Under the pieces are notes generated by a model. That model was not told where the DNA came from. It saw only the letters and a list, made by a program, of their open reading frames with translations, and did not search any database. Positions 6,198 to 16,360 of a stretch of DNA of 64,000 nucleotides are shown here, one piece after another. The translations under genes and the position numbers were made by a program. The stretch is from an uncultured virus (IMG/VR IMGVR_UViG_3300022744_000004) (taxonomy: Duplodnaviria > Heunggongvirae > Uroviricota > Caudoviricetes), in IMG/VR virus record IMGVR_UViG_3300022744_000004, positions 1-64,000 of that record. One strand, written 5' to 3'. Every line of letters starts with the position of its first letter. The first letter of the stretch is position 1.

Positions 6198-8792
6198 ATG
6201 GCCTCAAATTCCATGACCGCCGCCCTTTCCCAAGCACCGTTGGGCCTGCAAGAAGACAGCATGACACCCGACGCCGAAGGCGGGATAACGATCATTTTGG
6301 CGGGTGAACCGGAGGAAGACCCCACCGCACCGGCTGAAAAAGGCGACTTCAATGAGAACTTGGCTGAAACGATTCCTGAATCGGATTTGCAGACCCTTTC
6401 CTCTGACCTGATGGACTTGTTTGACCAAGACGTGATGAGCCGCCGCGACTGGGTTGAGATGTTCGTCAAGGGGATGGAGGTGCTGGGGATGAAGTACGAG
6501 GAGCGCACCGAGCCTTGGTCGGGCGCGTGTGGCGTGTATTCCACGATCCTCACCGAAGCGGCAATACGGTTCCAAGCTGATACGATTCTTGAAACGTTTC
6601 CAGCCAAAGGCCCGGTGCTCACAGAGATCATCGGGGCACAGACACCGGAGAAGGAAGACGCGGCCGAGCGCGTGGCTGAAGACATGAACTTCCAGCTCAC
6701 CGAAGAGATGCCGGAGTTCCGCCCGGAGCACGAGAAGATGCTGTTCAACCTCGGGTTGGGCGGCGCGGCGTTCAAGAAGGTCTACTACGACCCGGCCAAA
6801 AAACGGCAAACGAGTGTGTTTGTGCAAGCCGAAGACATCATCCTGCCGTACGGTACGTCCGATGCGTTCACGGCAGAGCGCCTGACGCAGATGATGCGCA
6901 AGACCAAGAATGAGATCAAGCGGCTGCAGGCCGCCGGGTTCTACCGCGATGTGGACTTGGGCGAGCCGGTGATGTTCCACACGGACATCGAGAAGAAGAA
7001 AGCGGAAGAGCAAGGGTATACCCTGAATGAAGACGACCGCTTCCAGATTCTGGAGTTCCACGTTGACTACGTGCTGCCCGGCGGTGACAAGAAGGCTGGC
7101 TACACCGGTGAAGACGACGAGAACGCGTTGGCCCACCCGTACGTGGTGACTATCGAGCGCGGTACGTCCAAGGTGCTGGCGGTGCGCCGCAACTGGGACG
7201 AGTCCGACGACACATTCGCCAAGCGCCAGCACTTCGCCCAATATACATATATCCCCGGTTTTGGTGCATACGGCATCGGCCTGATCCATCTGATCGGCGG
7301 CTACGCTCGGGCAGGCACGTCGATCATTCGCCAGTTGGTGGACGCCGGTACCTTGTCCAACCTGCCCGGTGGTATGAAGACCCGTGGGCTGCGCACCAAG
7401 GGAGATGACACTCCGATCGCACCCGGTGAGTTCCGTGACGTGGACATCCCAAGTGGCACGCTGCGCGACAACATCATGCCGCTGCCATACAAAGAACCGA
7501 GCGCGGTTCTGGCCGGGCTGCTGGACAAGATCACCGACGAGGGCCGCCGTCTGGGGGCCATCGCTGACATGCAGATCAGCGATATGTCGAGTCAGGCACC
7601 GGTAGGCACCACGCTGGCACTGCTGGAGCGCCAGCTCAAGACGATGACAGCCGTGCAGGCGCGTGTGCACTTCAGCTTCAAGCAGGAGTTGAAGCTCCTG
7701 AAGGCAATCATCCGCGACTATACCCCCAAAGAATACAGCTTCGACCCGCAGGAAGGCGACCGCAAAGCCAAGCAGGCCGACTACGACATGGTGGATGTCA
7801 TACCGGTCAGCGATCCGAACAGTGCCACAATGGCGCAGCGGATCATGCAGTACCAAGCCGCTATCCAGTTGGCCCAAGGCGCTCCCCAGATTTATAACCT
7901 GCCCAAGCTGCACCGCCAGATGCTGGAGGTGCTGGGCATCAAGAACGCCGAAGAGCTGGTGCCGACCGATGACGACCAGTTGCCGCGCGACCCGGTATCG
8001 GAGAATATGTCGCTGATCACGGGCAAGCCGACAAAGGCGTTCATCGCCCAAGATCACGATGCCCACATTGCCGTGCACAGCAGCATGATGCAAGACCCAA
8101 TGGTGATGGCACAGTTGGGGCAAAACCCGATGGCCCAGCAGATTCAGGCCGCCATAATGGCGCACATCGCTGAGCACTTGGCGTTCCAATACCGTGTCAA
8201 ACTGCAAGAGCAGTTGGGTGCTACGCTGCCCGCCCCGGATACGGAGATGGAGCCGCAGATCGAAGCGCAAGTGTCCAAGTTGATGGCGCAGGCCGCTGTG
8301 CAGCTCTTGCAGCAGCACCAAGCACAGGCCGCACAACAGCAGGCACAACAGCAAGCCCAAGACCCGATCATTCAGATGCAGATGCAGGAACTGCAGATCA
8401 AGAAGCAGGATGCCGACACCAAAGCCATGAAGGCAAAGGGCGACCTGCAACTCAAAGCGCAAGAACTGCAGATGAAGATGGGGCAACAAGCGCCGCAGGA
8501 GACGCCAGAAATGGTAGCCCAGCGCCACGCGCAAGAGCTTGCTGCACAGCAGCAAGAGCAGCAACAACTGGCACAAAAGCACGCACAAGAGTTGGAAATG
8601 GCACAACAGGCTCATCTGGCGAGCCTGCAGCAGCAAGGACAACAGCACGCGCTGAACCTGCACACCAACGCGCAGACCGCTTCGCAAAAAGCCTTGCACG
8701 CGCAGGCTGCCCACGAGGCCCGGCTCGAACAGATGAAAGCAGCGGCCGCCGCTGCGGCCAAGGCTAAACCAGCACCGAAAAAGGCTGAATGA
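6198..8792 (+). CDS. portal protein (P22-like) with Q/A-rich C-terminal coiled coil
   Basis: 864 aa directly after terL; GGAAFKKVYYD, QAPVGTTLALLE motifs; Q-rich barrel-like tail. Confidence 0.88.
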   Translation: MASNSMTAALSQAPLGLQEDSMTPDAEGGITIILAGEPEEDPTAPAEKGDFNENLAETIPESDLQTLSSDLMDLFDQDVMSRRDWVEMFVKGMEVLGMKYEERTEPWSGACGVYSTILTEAAIRFQADTILETFPAKGPVLTEIIGAQTPEKEDAAERVAEDMNFQLTEEMPEFRPEHEKMLFNLGLGGAAFKKVYYDPAKKRQTSVFVQAEDIILPYGTSDAFTAERLTQMMRKTKNEIKRLQAAGFYRDVDLGEPVMFHTDIEKKKAEEQGYTLNEDDRFQILEFHVDYVLPGGDKKAGYTGEDDENALAHPYVVTIERGTSKVLAVRRNWDESDDTFAKRQHFAQYTYIPGFGAYGIGLIHLIGGYARAGTSIIRQLVDAGTLSNLPGGMKTRGLRTKGDDTPIAPGEFRDVDIPSGTLRDNIMPLPYKEPSAVLAGLLDKITDEGRRLGAIADMQISDMSSQAPVGTTLALLERQLKTMTAVQARVHFSFKQELKLLKAIIRDYTPKEYSFDPQEGDRKAKQADYDMVDVIPVSDPNSATMAQRIMQYQAAIQLAQGAPQIYNLPKLHRQMLEVLGIKNAEELVPTDDDQLPRDPVSENMSLITGKPTKAFIAQDHDAHIAVHSSMMQDPMVMAQLGQNPMAQQIQAAIMAHIAEHLAFQYRVKLQEQLGATLPAPDTEMEPQIEAQVSKLMAQAAVQLLQQHQAQAAQQQAQQQAQDPIIQMQMQELQIKKQDADTKAMKAKGDLQLKAQELQMKMGQQAPQETPEMVAQRHAQELAAQQQEQQQLAQKHAQELEMAQQAHLASLQQQGQQHALNLHTNAQTASQKALHAQAAHEARLEQMKAAAAAAAKAKPAPKKAE

Positions 8793-8992
8793 TGGACGAC
8801 AAAATTCTCCAGCTCCTCTTGCGTAAATTGGAGGAACGTATTGCTGGGATTGAACAAGCGCTGTCGTCGGGGTCGGCACCCGACTACGCAGCGTATCAAA
8901 ATTTGGTAGGGCAGGTTCGGGGTCTTGCTGCCGCCCAAATGGAAGTAACCGACCTCTTGCGTAGATTAAAGGAAGCCGAAAATGACGACTGA
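8789..8992 (+). CDS. small hypothetical head-module protein
   Basis: Coupled overlaps; DYAAYQNLVGQVRGL. Confidence 0.75.
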   Translation: MMDDKILQLLLRKLEERIAGIEQALSSGSAPDYAAYQNLVGQVRGLAAAQMEVTDLLRRLKEAENDD

Positions 8993-9383
8993 GTTCAACG
9001 TCGCTGCTGTAGACCTGTCCGGGGTGCTGAACACCTCGGCAGAGGAAAAGGCAAAACAACTGCCCGATCCTGCCACTTACCACCTCCTGTGCGTACTGCC
9101 GGAGGCCGATGACAAGTACGATAGCGGGCTGATCAAAGCGGACAAGACCGTCCAATTTGAAGAGCTGCTGTCCCCGGTGCTGTTCGTCTTGAAAGTTGGG
9201 CCTGATGCGTTCAAGGATGAGAAGCGATTCCCGTCTGGCCCCTCGTGCAAGATCGGTGATTTCGTCATCGTGCGCCCCAACACGGGCACGCGCATGAAGA
9301 TTCACGGTCGTGAATTTCGTTTGGTCAACGACGATTCCGTTGAAGCGGTTGTGCAAGACCCGCGCGGCATTTCCCGCGTTTAA
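8982..9383 (+). CDS. GroES-like co-chaperonin
   Basis: SGLI mobile-loop-like segment, VLKVGP, KIGDFV, GREFRLVNDDSVEAVV: GroES/Cpn10 pattern. Confidence 0.8.
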   Translation: MTTEFNVAAVDLSGVLNTSAEEKAKQLPDPATYHLLCVLPEADDKYDSGLIKADKTVQFEELLSPVLFVLKVGPDAFKDEKRFPSGPSCKIGDFVIVRPNTGTRMKIHGREFRLVNDDSVEAVVQDPRGISRV

Positions 9384-9392
9384 GGAGGCATC

Positions 9393-10337
9393 ATGGCACA
9401 AGTTGAAAAGACTGAATTCGAGTTCCCCGACGAGGTGGAAAACAAGCAGCAGGCTACTCCGCCGGAGCCTGAACTGGAGATCGTTGACGATACCCCGGAG
9501 GCAGATCGCGGCCGCAAGCCCATGATCGACCCCCCGAAAGACCCTACCGACGAAGAGCTTAGTAAGTACGACGAGAGCGTCAAAAAACGCATCCAGCACT
9601 TCACCAAGGGCTATCACGAAGAACGCCGGGCAAAAGAAGCGGCACAGCGTGAGAAGGAAGAAGCCCTGCGACTGGCCCAAGTCGTTGTGGAAGAGAACAA
9701 AAAACTGCGTGGAACACTATCGGAAGGACAGACCGCGCTGTTGGAGCAGGCAAAGCGTGTGGTTGCCAGCGAGCTGGAGCAGGCCAAGCGCAGCTACAAG
9801 GAGGCGGCAGAATCTTTTGATTCCGAGGCAATGCTGGCCGCGCAAGAAGCGATGACGGTAGCAAAGATCAAGGCGGACAAAATTGAAAACTACCGTCCCA
9901 CGCCTTTACACCAGCCAGAAAATGAGGTACAAATCGCCCAGAGTCAGCAACCCGCTGCACAAGTTGACAACAATCTTGCCAAATGGCGTGATGAAAATCA
10001 GTGGTTTGGTGCCAACAAGCGGATGACCGCTTACGCACTCGGGGTGCATGAGGACTTGGTTAGTGAAGGCGTACCGGCTGGTAGCAAGCAGTATTACGAT
10101 CGACTGAATGCCGACCTCCGTGAACGCTTCCCTGAACAGTTTTCTGACAACGGAAATGGTAGCGATGCTGATGCGAACACTCAGCGCCGCTCAAATGTAG
10201 TAGCACCTGTGACCCGTAGTACAGCGCCCCGAAAAGTCGTACTTACGCAGTCGCAAGTAAATATCGCCAAGCGGCTCGGCGTTCCATTGGAACTGTACGC
10301 CCGTAAGGTTGCGGAAGAAATGAGGAATGTGAAATGA
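9393..10337 (+). CDS. putative scaffolding protein
   Basis: Acidic N-terminus, long coiled coil, C-terminal LTQSQVNIAKRLGVPLELYA; between portal and capsid. Confidence 0.7.
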   Translation: MAQVEKTEFEFPDEVENKQQATPPEPELEIVDDTPEADRGRKPMIDPPKDPTDEELSKYDESVKKRIQHFTKGYHEERRAKEAAQREKEEALRLAQVVVEENKKLRGTLSEGQTALLEQAKRVVASELEQAKRSYKEAAESFDSEAMLAAQEAMTVAKIKADKIENYRPTPLHQPENEVQIAQSQQPAAQVDNNLAKWRDENQWFGANKRMTAYALGVHEDLVSEGVPAGSKQYYDRLNADLRERFPEQFSDNGNGSDADANTQRRSNVVAPVTRSTAPRKVVLTQSQVNIAKRLGVPLELYARKVAEEMRNVK

Positions 10338-10792
10338 CGGAACAAACTCGACAACCACGTAGTCTGGACAAGCGCGAAACAACCGAGCGTGCCAAATCAT
10401 GGGCACCGCCTGCGCTCCTGCCTGATCCGACTCCCGAGCCGGGCTTTACTTTCCGTTGGATTCGTCTGAGTACGCTCAACAATGACGACCCAATGAACAT
10501 TTCTGCAAAACTGCGTGAAGGTTGGGAGCCTGTGAAGGCATCCGCCCATCCCGAACTGGGCCTGTACAGCAGCGGCGGTAAAAACGACCGCTTCCCTGAC
10601 AGCGTAGTTGTGGGTGGACTGATGTTGTGCAAAATCCCGGCCGAGTTCATGGAACAGCGTTCTGCGTACTATCGGAACCAAACCGATAACCAGATGGCGT
10701 CCGTGGATAACAACTTCATGCGCGAGAATGATCCGCGTATGCCTCTCTTCAGTGAGAAGCGTAGCAGCGTGACATTCGGACGCGGGTCTTAA
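10334..10792 (+). CDS. hypothetical head-module protein
   Basis: 152-aa ORF in the operon (FRWIR...KLREGWEPV). Confidence 0.8.
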   Translation: MTEQTRQPRSLDKRETTERAKSWAPPALLPDPTPEPGFTFRWIRLSTLNNDDPMNISAKLREGWEPVKASAHPELGLYSSGGKNDRFPDSVVVGGLMLCKIPAEFMEQRSAYYRNQTDNQMASVDNNFMRENDPRMPLFSEKRSSVTFGRGS

Positions 10793-10806
10793 CAAAGGAG
10801 TCTTAA

Positions 10807-11430
10807 ATGGCATCAGTGTCTTCTCCCTATGGCCTGAAGCCGGTATCGCTTACCGGTGGTCAGTCCTACGCGGGTTCTGTCCGCGAAATCAAGCTGTCTA
10901 CGAACAATACCGCTGGTTTGTTCAACGGCGACATTATCCAGCTCACCGCTGCTGGCAACCCCCAAGCCCTGACCGCCACCATCACCACCGGTACTACCGC
11001 TGGCGTTGTGGGTGTGATGACCGGCTGCCGCTACACTTTGCCCACCACAGGTCAGTCGATCTGGGCACAGTACGTTCCGGCCAACGCCATTACCAACGGC
11101 TACACCAACGTGTACATCTACGTTGCTGATGACTACGATCTGGTCATGCAAGTCCAAGGCTCCGCAGCCTTCGGTACGCTGACCAACGGTGCTGCTGGCG
11201 CTGTCGGCAAGAACGTGGCTCTGGGTAACTTCAGTGCTGGTTCCACCGCAACTGGTAACTCCGCAGTCAACGCTGTGGTTGGTACCAACGGTGCTTCGCT
11301 GGCTTCTACCGCCACCTTGGCAATGCGTATCATCGGTATCGTCCCCGGTACTGAAAACGATACATTCCCAGAACTGCTGGTTCGTTGGAACAGCGGTGCG
11401 CATTCCTACAACCTCGCTACTGGCGTCTAA
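10807..11430 (+). CDS. putative capsid decoration/minor capsid protein
   Basis: AAGGAG RBS; G/A/T-rich beta-type protein immediately before the MCP. Confidence 0.65.
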   Translation: MASVSSPYGLKPVSLTGGQSYAGSVREIKLSTNNTAGLFNGDIIQLTAAGNPQALTATITTGTTAGVVGVMTGCRYTLPTTGQSIWAQYVPANAITNGYTNVYIYVADDYDLVMQVQGSAAFGTLTNGAAGAVGKNVALGNFSAGSTATGNSAVNAVVGTNGASLASTATLAMRIIGIVPGTENDTFPELLVRWNSGAHSYNLATGV

Positions 11431-11443
11431 GGAGTAAAGCAAA

Positions 11444-12355
11444 ATGGCTATTTCACGTTCGCAACTCCTGAAGGAACTGCTGCCCGGTTTGAACGCTCTG
11501 TTCGGTCTGGAGTACGCCCGCTACGGCGAAGAGCACAAGGAAGTCTACGACATCGAGACTTCCGAGCGTTCTTTTGAAGAAGAAACCAAGCTGGCCGGTT
11601 TCGGCGCGGCCCCTGTCAAGAGCGAAGGTTCCGCCATCGCTTACGACAACGCGCAAGAAGCATGGACTGCACGTTACACCCACGAAACCATCGCAATGGG
11701 TTTCTCCATCACTGAAGAAGCGGTGGAAGACAACCTGTACGATAGCCTGTCTGCACGTTACACCAAGGGCTTGGCTCGCGGTATGGCGTACACCAAGCAA
11801 GTCAAGGGTGCCTATGTGCTGAACAACGGCTTCGCTGGTGGCCCCACCTACGGTGACGGTCAGGTTCTGTTCTCGACAGCCCACCCGCTGGTCAACGGTG
11901 CTACCAACAGCAACCGTCCCGCAACCGGTGTTGACCTGAACGAAACCTCGTTGGAAAACGCTGTGATCCAGATCGCTGCGTGGACTGATGAGCGCGGTCT
12001 GCTGATCGCCGCTAAGCCCAAGAAGCTGGTGATCCCGCCTGCTCTGATGTTCGTTGCTACTCGTCTGCTGGAAACCAACCTGCGTGTTGGCACTACCGAC
12101 AACGACATCAACGCCATCAAGAACAACGGCTCGATCCCCGATGGATACACCGTCAACCACTTCTTGACAGACACCAACGCTTGGTTCCTGATCACTGATG
12201 TGCCCAACGGCCTGAAACACTTCGTTCGTACCCCCATGTCTACCGGAATGGACGGTGACTTTGATACAGGGAACGTTCGCTACAAGGCTCGTGAGCGCTA
12301 CTCGTTTGGCGTGAGCGATCCGTTAGGAGTTTATGGCAGTCCCGGTTCGTTCTAA
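11444..12355 (+). CDS. major capsid protein (Mu gpT-like, HK97 fold)
   Basis: MAISRSQLLKELLPGLNALFG...DFDTGNVRYKARERYSFG; strong RBS; followed by a terminator. Confidence 0.88.
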   Translation: MAISRSQLLKELLPGLNALFGLEYARYGEEHKEVYDIETSERSFEEETKLAGFGAAPVKSEGSAIAYDNAQEAWTARYTHETIAMGFSITEEAVEDNLYDSLSARYTKGLARGMAYTKQVKGAYVLNNGFAGGPTYGDGQVLFSTAHPLVNGATNSNRPATGVDLNETSLENAVIQIAAWTDERGLLIAAKPKKLVIPPALMFVATRLLETNLRVGTTDNDINAIKNNGSIPDGYTVNHFLTDTNAWFLITDVPNGLKHFVRTPMSTGMDGDFDTGNVRYKARERYSFGVSDPLGVYGSPGSF

Positions 12356-12371
12356 GCCCTAGTGCTTTGAG

Positions 12372-12396
12372 AAAGCCACCTTCGGGTGGCTTTTTT
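12372..12396 (+). terminator. intrinsic terminator after the MCP
   Basis: AAAGCCACC-TTCG-GGTGGCTTT plus T-run. Confidence 0.9.
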
Positions 12397-12498
12397 CATT
12401 ACTGCGTGCTATATTGCTGCATCCGGGTTTTCCGGTGCCTCAGACTGTCCCGGCAGACTTTCCTACGAGACTGAAGCACCTCAACGTAGGAGTTATTC

Positions 12499-12987
12499 AT
12501 GGCTACTTCCACCACCCAATCCGCATGGCGTTCGTTCGGCGGCGACACAACCAAGACCGCCTATGCTGGCGACATGCTGATGGTCGCTGAGTTCTACATG
12601 CCCAGCACCCAGCAGACTGCCAATACGGCCGTCCAGATCGGCGCAAGCAATACCAACCCGGTGGTTCTGCCCGCTGGCGCTGAAGTTGCGTTCTTCGACA
12701 TCAAGCCCGCTGTGACCGGCGGCACCACGCCTACCCTGAACTTGGGCCTGCGCGTCAACGCCACCGGTACTAACACCGCTACCGCTCTGGGCAATGCAGT
12801 CCCCTCCGTGTCCACCGCTGCCGTGGTGAACATCGCTTCGGCAACTGCCGGTGCCAACATTGGCGCGGCGCTGAGCACCACTTCCCTGATGACCCTGACG
12901 GGCGCACTGACCGGTGCGCCTACTGGCGGTTCTCTGACCGGTCACCTGTACTACTACGTTCCTAACGGCGGCGCAGCTACAGCTTAA
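12499..12987 (+). CDS. putative virion structural protein
   Basis: AGGAG RBS; A/T/G-rich 162 aa. Confidence 0.75.
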   Translation: MATSTTQSAWRSFGGDTTKTAYAGDMLMVAEFYMPSTQQTANTAVQIGASNTNPVVLPAGAEVAFFDIKPAVTGGTTPTLNLGLRVNATGTNTATALGNAVPSVSTAAVVNIASATAGANIGAALSTTSLMTLTGALTGAPTGGSLTGHLYYYVPNGGAATA

Positions 12988-13000
12988 TTAGGAGCCTGAC

Positions 13001-13339
13001 ATGGCACAACCCGTACGTGTGACGGTGGGGTCGGCAACGACCTCCAATGTCATTCCCCTCGACAACTACCGTACGCCGTTCAACATCGGCATCGGGTGTG
13101 CTTTGTCTGCTGGTGCGTCCCTGACGTACAAGGTGCAGTACACCTACGATGATGTGCAAGCGGCTACGTTCAATGCCTCTACGGCAACGTGGTTTGACCA
13201 CGCCACGCTGGCGGCAAAGACGACATCGGCTGACGGTAATATCGTCGTGCCAGTGACGGCTATTCGCCTGAACGTAACACTCTACACCTCTGGCACTGTC
13301 ACCATGACCGTGATCCAAGCAGGTATGTCTGGAGAATAA
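13001..13339 (+). CDS. putative structural protein
   Basis: AGGAG RBS; beta-rich 112 aa. Confidence 0.75.
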   Translation: MAQPVRVTVGSATTSNVIPLDNYRTPFNIGIGCALSAGASLTYKVQYTYDDVQAATFNASTATWFDHATLAAKTTSADGNIVVPVTAIRLNVTLYTSGTVTMTVIQAGMSGE

Positions 13340-13341
13340 CG

Positions 13342-13857
13342 ATGGCTGACATGGCATCAATCAAACTGTTCCATTCGATGCTGACGCCCATCATGGAGGC
13401 CATTCCACAGGTGGTCGAAATGCTGGAGAAGAAGGCCGACATGGATCGCACGATGGCCGCCTATCAGGCAGACATCGAAAAGGCCAAGGCCGAAGTGCAG
13501 AAGGCGTACGACGAGGCTGACCGCCGTATCACTGAGCAGAACGGTGTGATTACCGGCCTGCTGGATCAGCAGGAAGCCCTACGTGCCGAGATCGAGCGCA
13601 CCCGAACCAAGCTGGCTGCTGATCAGGAGGCCGCCGCTGACGCCGCTGCCGCTGCCAAGTACGCCGCTGACGCGGCCGTAATTGAGCACAACGCCCGCGC
13701 AAACCAAGCTGAACTGCAGGCTAAAGAGCGTATCGAGGCGGTGGAAGCCGACGCTGCTGCCCGCGCGGCTGAGCTGGAGAAGTCGATTGCCGAGCTGACC
13801 AACCGCGAAGCACTGGCACAGAAGGCTTTGGACAAGCTGCGCGAAAAGCTGGGGTAA
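13342..13857 (+). CDS. coiled-coil hypothetical protein
   Basis: GGAG RBS; A/E/K-rich helical sequence. Confidence 0.75.
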   Translation: MADMASIKLFHSMLTPIMEAIPQVVEMLEKKADMDRTMAAYQADIEKAKAEVQKAYDEADRRITEQNGVITGLLDQQEALRAEIERTRTKLAADQEAAADAAAAAKYAADAAVIEHNARANQAELQAKERIEAVEADAAARAAELEKSIAELTNREALAQKALDKLREKLG

Positions 13858-13860
13858 GGT

Positions 13861-14199
13861 GTGTCTACCAGCGGTGTAACCTATGTCCAAGGGCTGGACA
13901 GCGGTAACTACGAGTTCACCCATGTGGTGGCTACCGTTACTGCTTCCGGTGACACCGTTGTGTACACCCCGTCCGCAGGCAAGCGCATCCGGGTCTATTG
14001 GTCGTATGCCATCACTGACCCCGGCTCCTCGGCGTCTCCGCTGATCAAGATCATCCTTGGCGGCACCGAGAAGTTCCGGGTCTATGCGCTGAGCAAGCGC
14101 CAGCAGATGACAGGGCCGGTGGACGGCACATTGGTCGTAAACTTGAGTGTGGCCGCGTCTGTCGCAGTGACTTTTGTCTTGGAGGAGGTCGGAGCATGA
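13861..14199 (+). CDS. hypothetical protein
   Basis: GTG start; fills the operon gap. Confidence 0.7.
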   Translation: MSTSGVTYVQGLDSGNYEFTHVVATVTASGDTVVYTPSAGKRIRVYWSYAITDPGSSASPLIKIILGGTEKFRVYALSKRQQMTGPVDGTLVVNLSVAASVAVTFVLEEVGA

Positions 14200-14366
14200 T
14201 CGAATTGGTAGGCGAGAAGGCAGAACTCCGGTTCACGTTGGAGATCACGCGTGCGGACACTGGCAAGGTGGAGACGTACGAAATGGTGGGTCACTCCGAC
14301 CCGGAAGAACTAAAGAAACTTTTAGGAGAACATCTTGGCAGTAACACACTCGACAGCGGCGCGTAA
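14196..14366 (+). CDS. small hypothetical protein (56 aa)
   Basis: Not in track; ATGA overlap and GGAGG RBS; MIELVGEKAELRFTLEITRADTGKVETYEM... Confidence 0.6.
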   Translation: MIELVGEKAELRFTLEITRADTGKVETYEMVGHSDPEELKKLLGEHLGSNTLDSGA

Positions 14367-14724
14367 CGCCGCAACGGATGCCGTCACGGCCCTGATCGGC
14401 GCGTCCGGCAAACTGGCGTTCCGCCTGACCGGTACGGTAGCCGCACCGGGTACGGTTGTCGCCACCCTGTCCTTGTCGGCCACGGCGTTTGGTGCCTCGG
14501 CAACCGGTACAGCCACGGCCAACGCGATCACCAGCGACACCAACGCAACCGGTAACGCGTCCCCTGTAGCAACCGCTACGCTGCAGACCTCTGCCGGTAC
14601 TGTTGTGATCCACTGCGCTGTGGCTGCGTCGGCGTCCGACATTAACATGACCAACGGCCTGACAGTGGCTGCGGGCGATACCGTTTCCTGCTCTTCCCTG
14701 ACCTACACTGCACTGAGCGCATAA
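14335..14724 (+). CDS. putative structural protein
   Basis: TTG start with AGGAG RBS; A/T-rich beta protein. Confidence 0.75.
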   Translation: MAVTHSTAARNAATDAVTALIGASGKLAFRLTGTVAAPGTVVATLSLSATAFGASATGTATANAITSDTNATGNASPVATATLQTSAGTVVIHCAVAASASDINMTNGLTVAAGDTVSCSSLTYTALSA

Positions 14725-14725
14725 C

Positions 14726-16357
14726 ATGGCAGATAACACCCTACTCAATCTCGGTACGGGTGGAGACACTATCCGTGACATTGATAAAGGCGCGGGCATA
14801 AAGTCGCAGGTAGTTGTCCTCGACGTAGGGGGTTCTGGCACTGAGTCCTTGGTGACCCTTGCAAACCCGCACCCTGTTCAGAACGCGGCAACGTACTTCA
14901 TCTTCTCGGCCAACGGGGTCAACTCCAGCACCACGCAGCTTGCTGCCGCCGCTACATTCACCGGCACCGTTGAGTCGATCCAGAGCCAGCAGACCATCTC
15001 TGTCCTGCTGACCAGCGATCAGCCGGGTACGTTGCATTTGATCCAGTACATTGATGCAGGCGGCACAAAGGTATGTAACGACTTCACCGAGAATATTGCG
15101 GCCAACGTCCCGTTCAGCGAGGCATACACCGCCAACGGTAACTACTTCAAAGCCACGTTCATCAACAACGGAGCGAGTGCAACCACTACATTCAACCTAA
15201 ACGTAGCATACGGAACACTGCCTTCCGTATCAAGTCTTGGTAATGGACTTACCTCCCTGAACGAAGTCAACGGCGTGAACTTCACGCTGGGCCAGAAGGC
15301 GATGACGGCCAGCTTGCCGGTCGTTATTTCGTCTGATCAGTCGGCAATTACAGCTATTGATCCGATGGTCGGGGCTACGTATAACGTAGCTGGTGTTATT
15401 GCCATCAACACGATACTGCTGACTATTGATTGTTCAACGGATGCTGCCGTGTCTATCCAGTGCGTTAGCATGGGTACGTCCGGTGTGGTTACGCCGGAAT
15501 GGTCAAACGACAACGCGACATGGGTTGCCGCTACAACTCTTGATGCACAAACGGGCCTTGAAATAACGACTATTTCGGCTGCGGGCCTGTGGTCAACCCA
15601 CGTAGTTGCTAGGTATCTACGCCTACGGTTGAGTACCGCTACGACTGCCGGTACAACAACCTTCAGTGTCCAAGCTATCGCTTATCCAGTAGGTGCGAGC
15701 AACCCACAGTTGGTGATCAATCCTACTGCTGCTAACTTGCTGACGCAGGTGTCCAACACGACAGGTACGGCTTCCCTCTTTGTGCAGGGTGCTGCTGCGT
15801 CTGCTGCGACTATCGCAGGTAACCCTGTGCTGATGGGCGGTACGTTCACGACTACGCTGCCCACGGTAACAACCGGACAGGCGGTAAACGTGCAGACTAC
15901 TGCGCGTGGCGAACAGCTTGTAGCAATCAGTTCTGGTGCCACTGCTGTAGCAGTAAAAGCTGCGTCTACTGCCGTTGCAGCTACTGATCCTGCACTGACA
16001 GTGGGTATCTCGCCAAACATGACCGTCACGGCCAGCGCCATTAACAGCGCGGCTACGACGAACGCCACTTCTGTCAAGGCTACAGCGGGTACGGTGTTCA
16101 GCATCACGGCAAGCAATACCGGCGCGGCGGCTGCGTTCGTCAAGTTCTACAATTTGGCTACAGCCCCGACAGTCGGTACGAGCGTTCCAGTGATCACGTT
16201 GAGCATCCCAGCTTCGGGCACCGTGAATGTACCGTTCGGGCCTTTTGGCTATCGTTTTGCCACAGGCATTGCGCTGGCGATTACCAACCTTGCAGCAGAT
16301 ACTGACGCAACCGCAGTCGCTGCGGCACAGGTCAAGGTGCTGACTAGCTACAACTAA
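14726..16357 (+). CDS. putative fibre/spike-like structural protein (543 aa)
   Basis: T/A/V-rich multi-domain beta protein in the structural arm. Confidence 0.7.
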   Translation: MADNTLLNLGTGGDTIRDIDKGAGIKSQVVVLDVGGSGTESLVTLANPHPVQNAATYFIFSANGVNSSTTQLAAAATFTGTVESIQSQQTISVLLTSDQPGTLHLIQYIDAGGTKVCNDFTENIAANVPFSEAYTANGNYFKATFINNGASATTTFNLNVAYGTLPSVSSLGNGLTSLNEVNGVNFTLGQKAMTASLPVVISSDQSAITAIDPMVGATYNVAGVIAINTILLTIDCSTDAAVSIQCVSMGTSGVVTPEWSNDNATWVAATTLDAQTGLEITTISAAGLWSTHVVARYLRLRLSTATTAGTTTFSVQAIAYPVGASNPQLVINPTAANLLTQVSNTTGTASLFVQGAAASAATIAGNPVLMGGTFTTTLPTVTTGQAVNVQTTARGEQLVAISSGATAVAVKAASTAVAATDPALTVGISPNMTVTASAINSAATTNATSVKATAGTVFSITASNTGAAAAFVKFYNLATAPTVGTSVPVITLSIPASGTVNVPFGPFGYRFATGIALAITNLAADTDATAVAAAQVKVLTSYN

Positions 16358-16360
16358 ACC

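Noticed and set aside
6204..9680. 1158-aa minus-strand ORF and other long antisense ORFs (46544-47782, 49087-50421, 60529-61611, 37332-38570)
   Set aside because: Shadows of real genes caused by GC-rich codon bias; no motifs or RBS.
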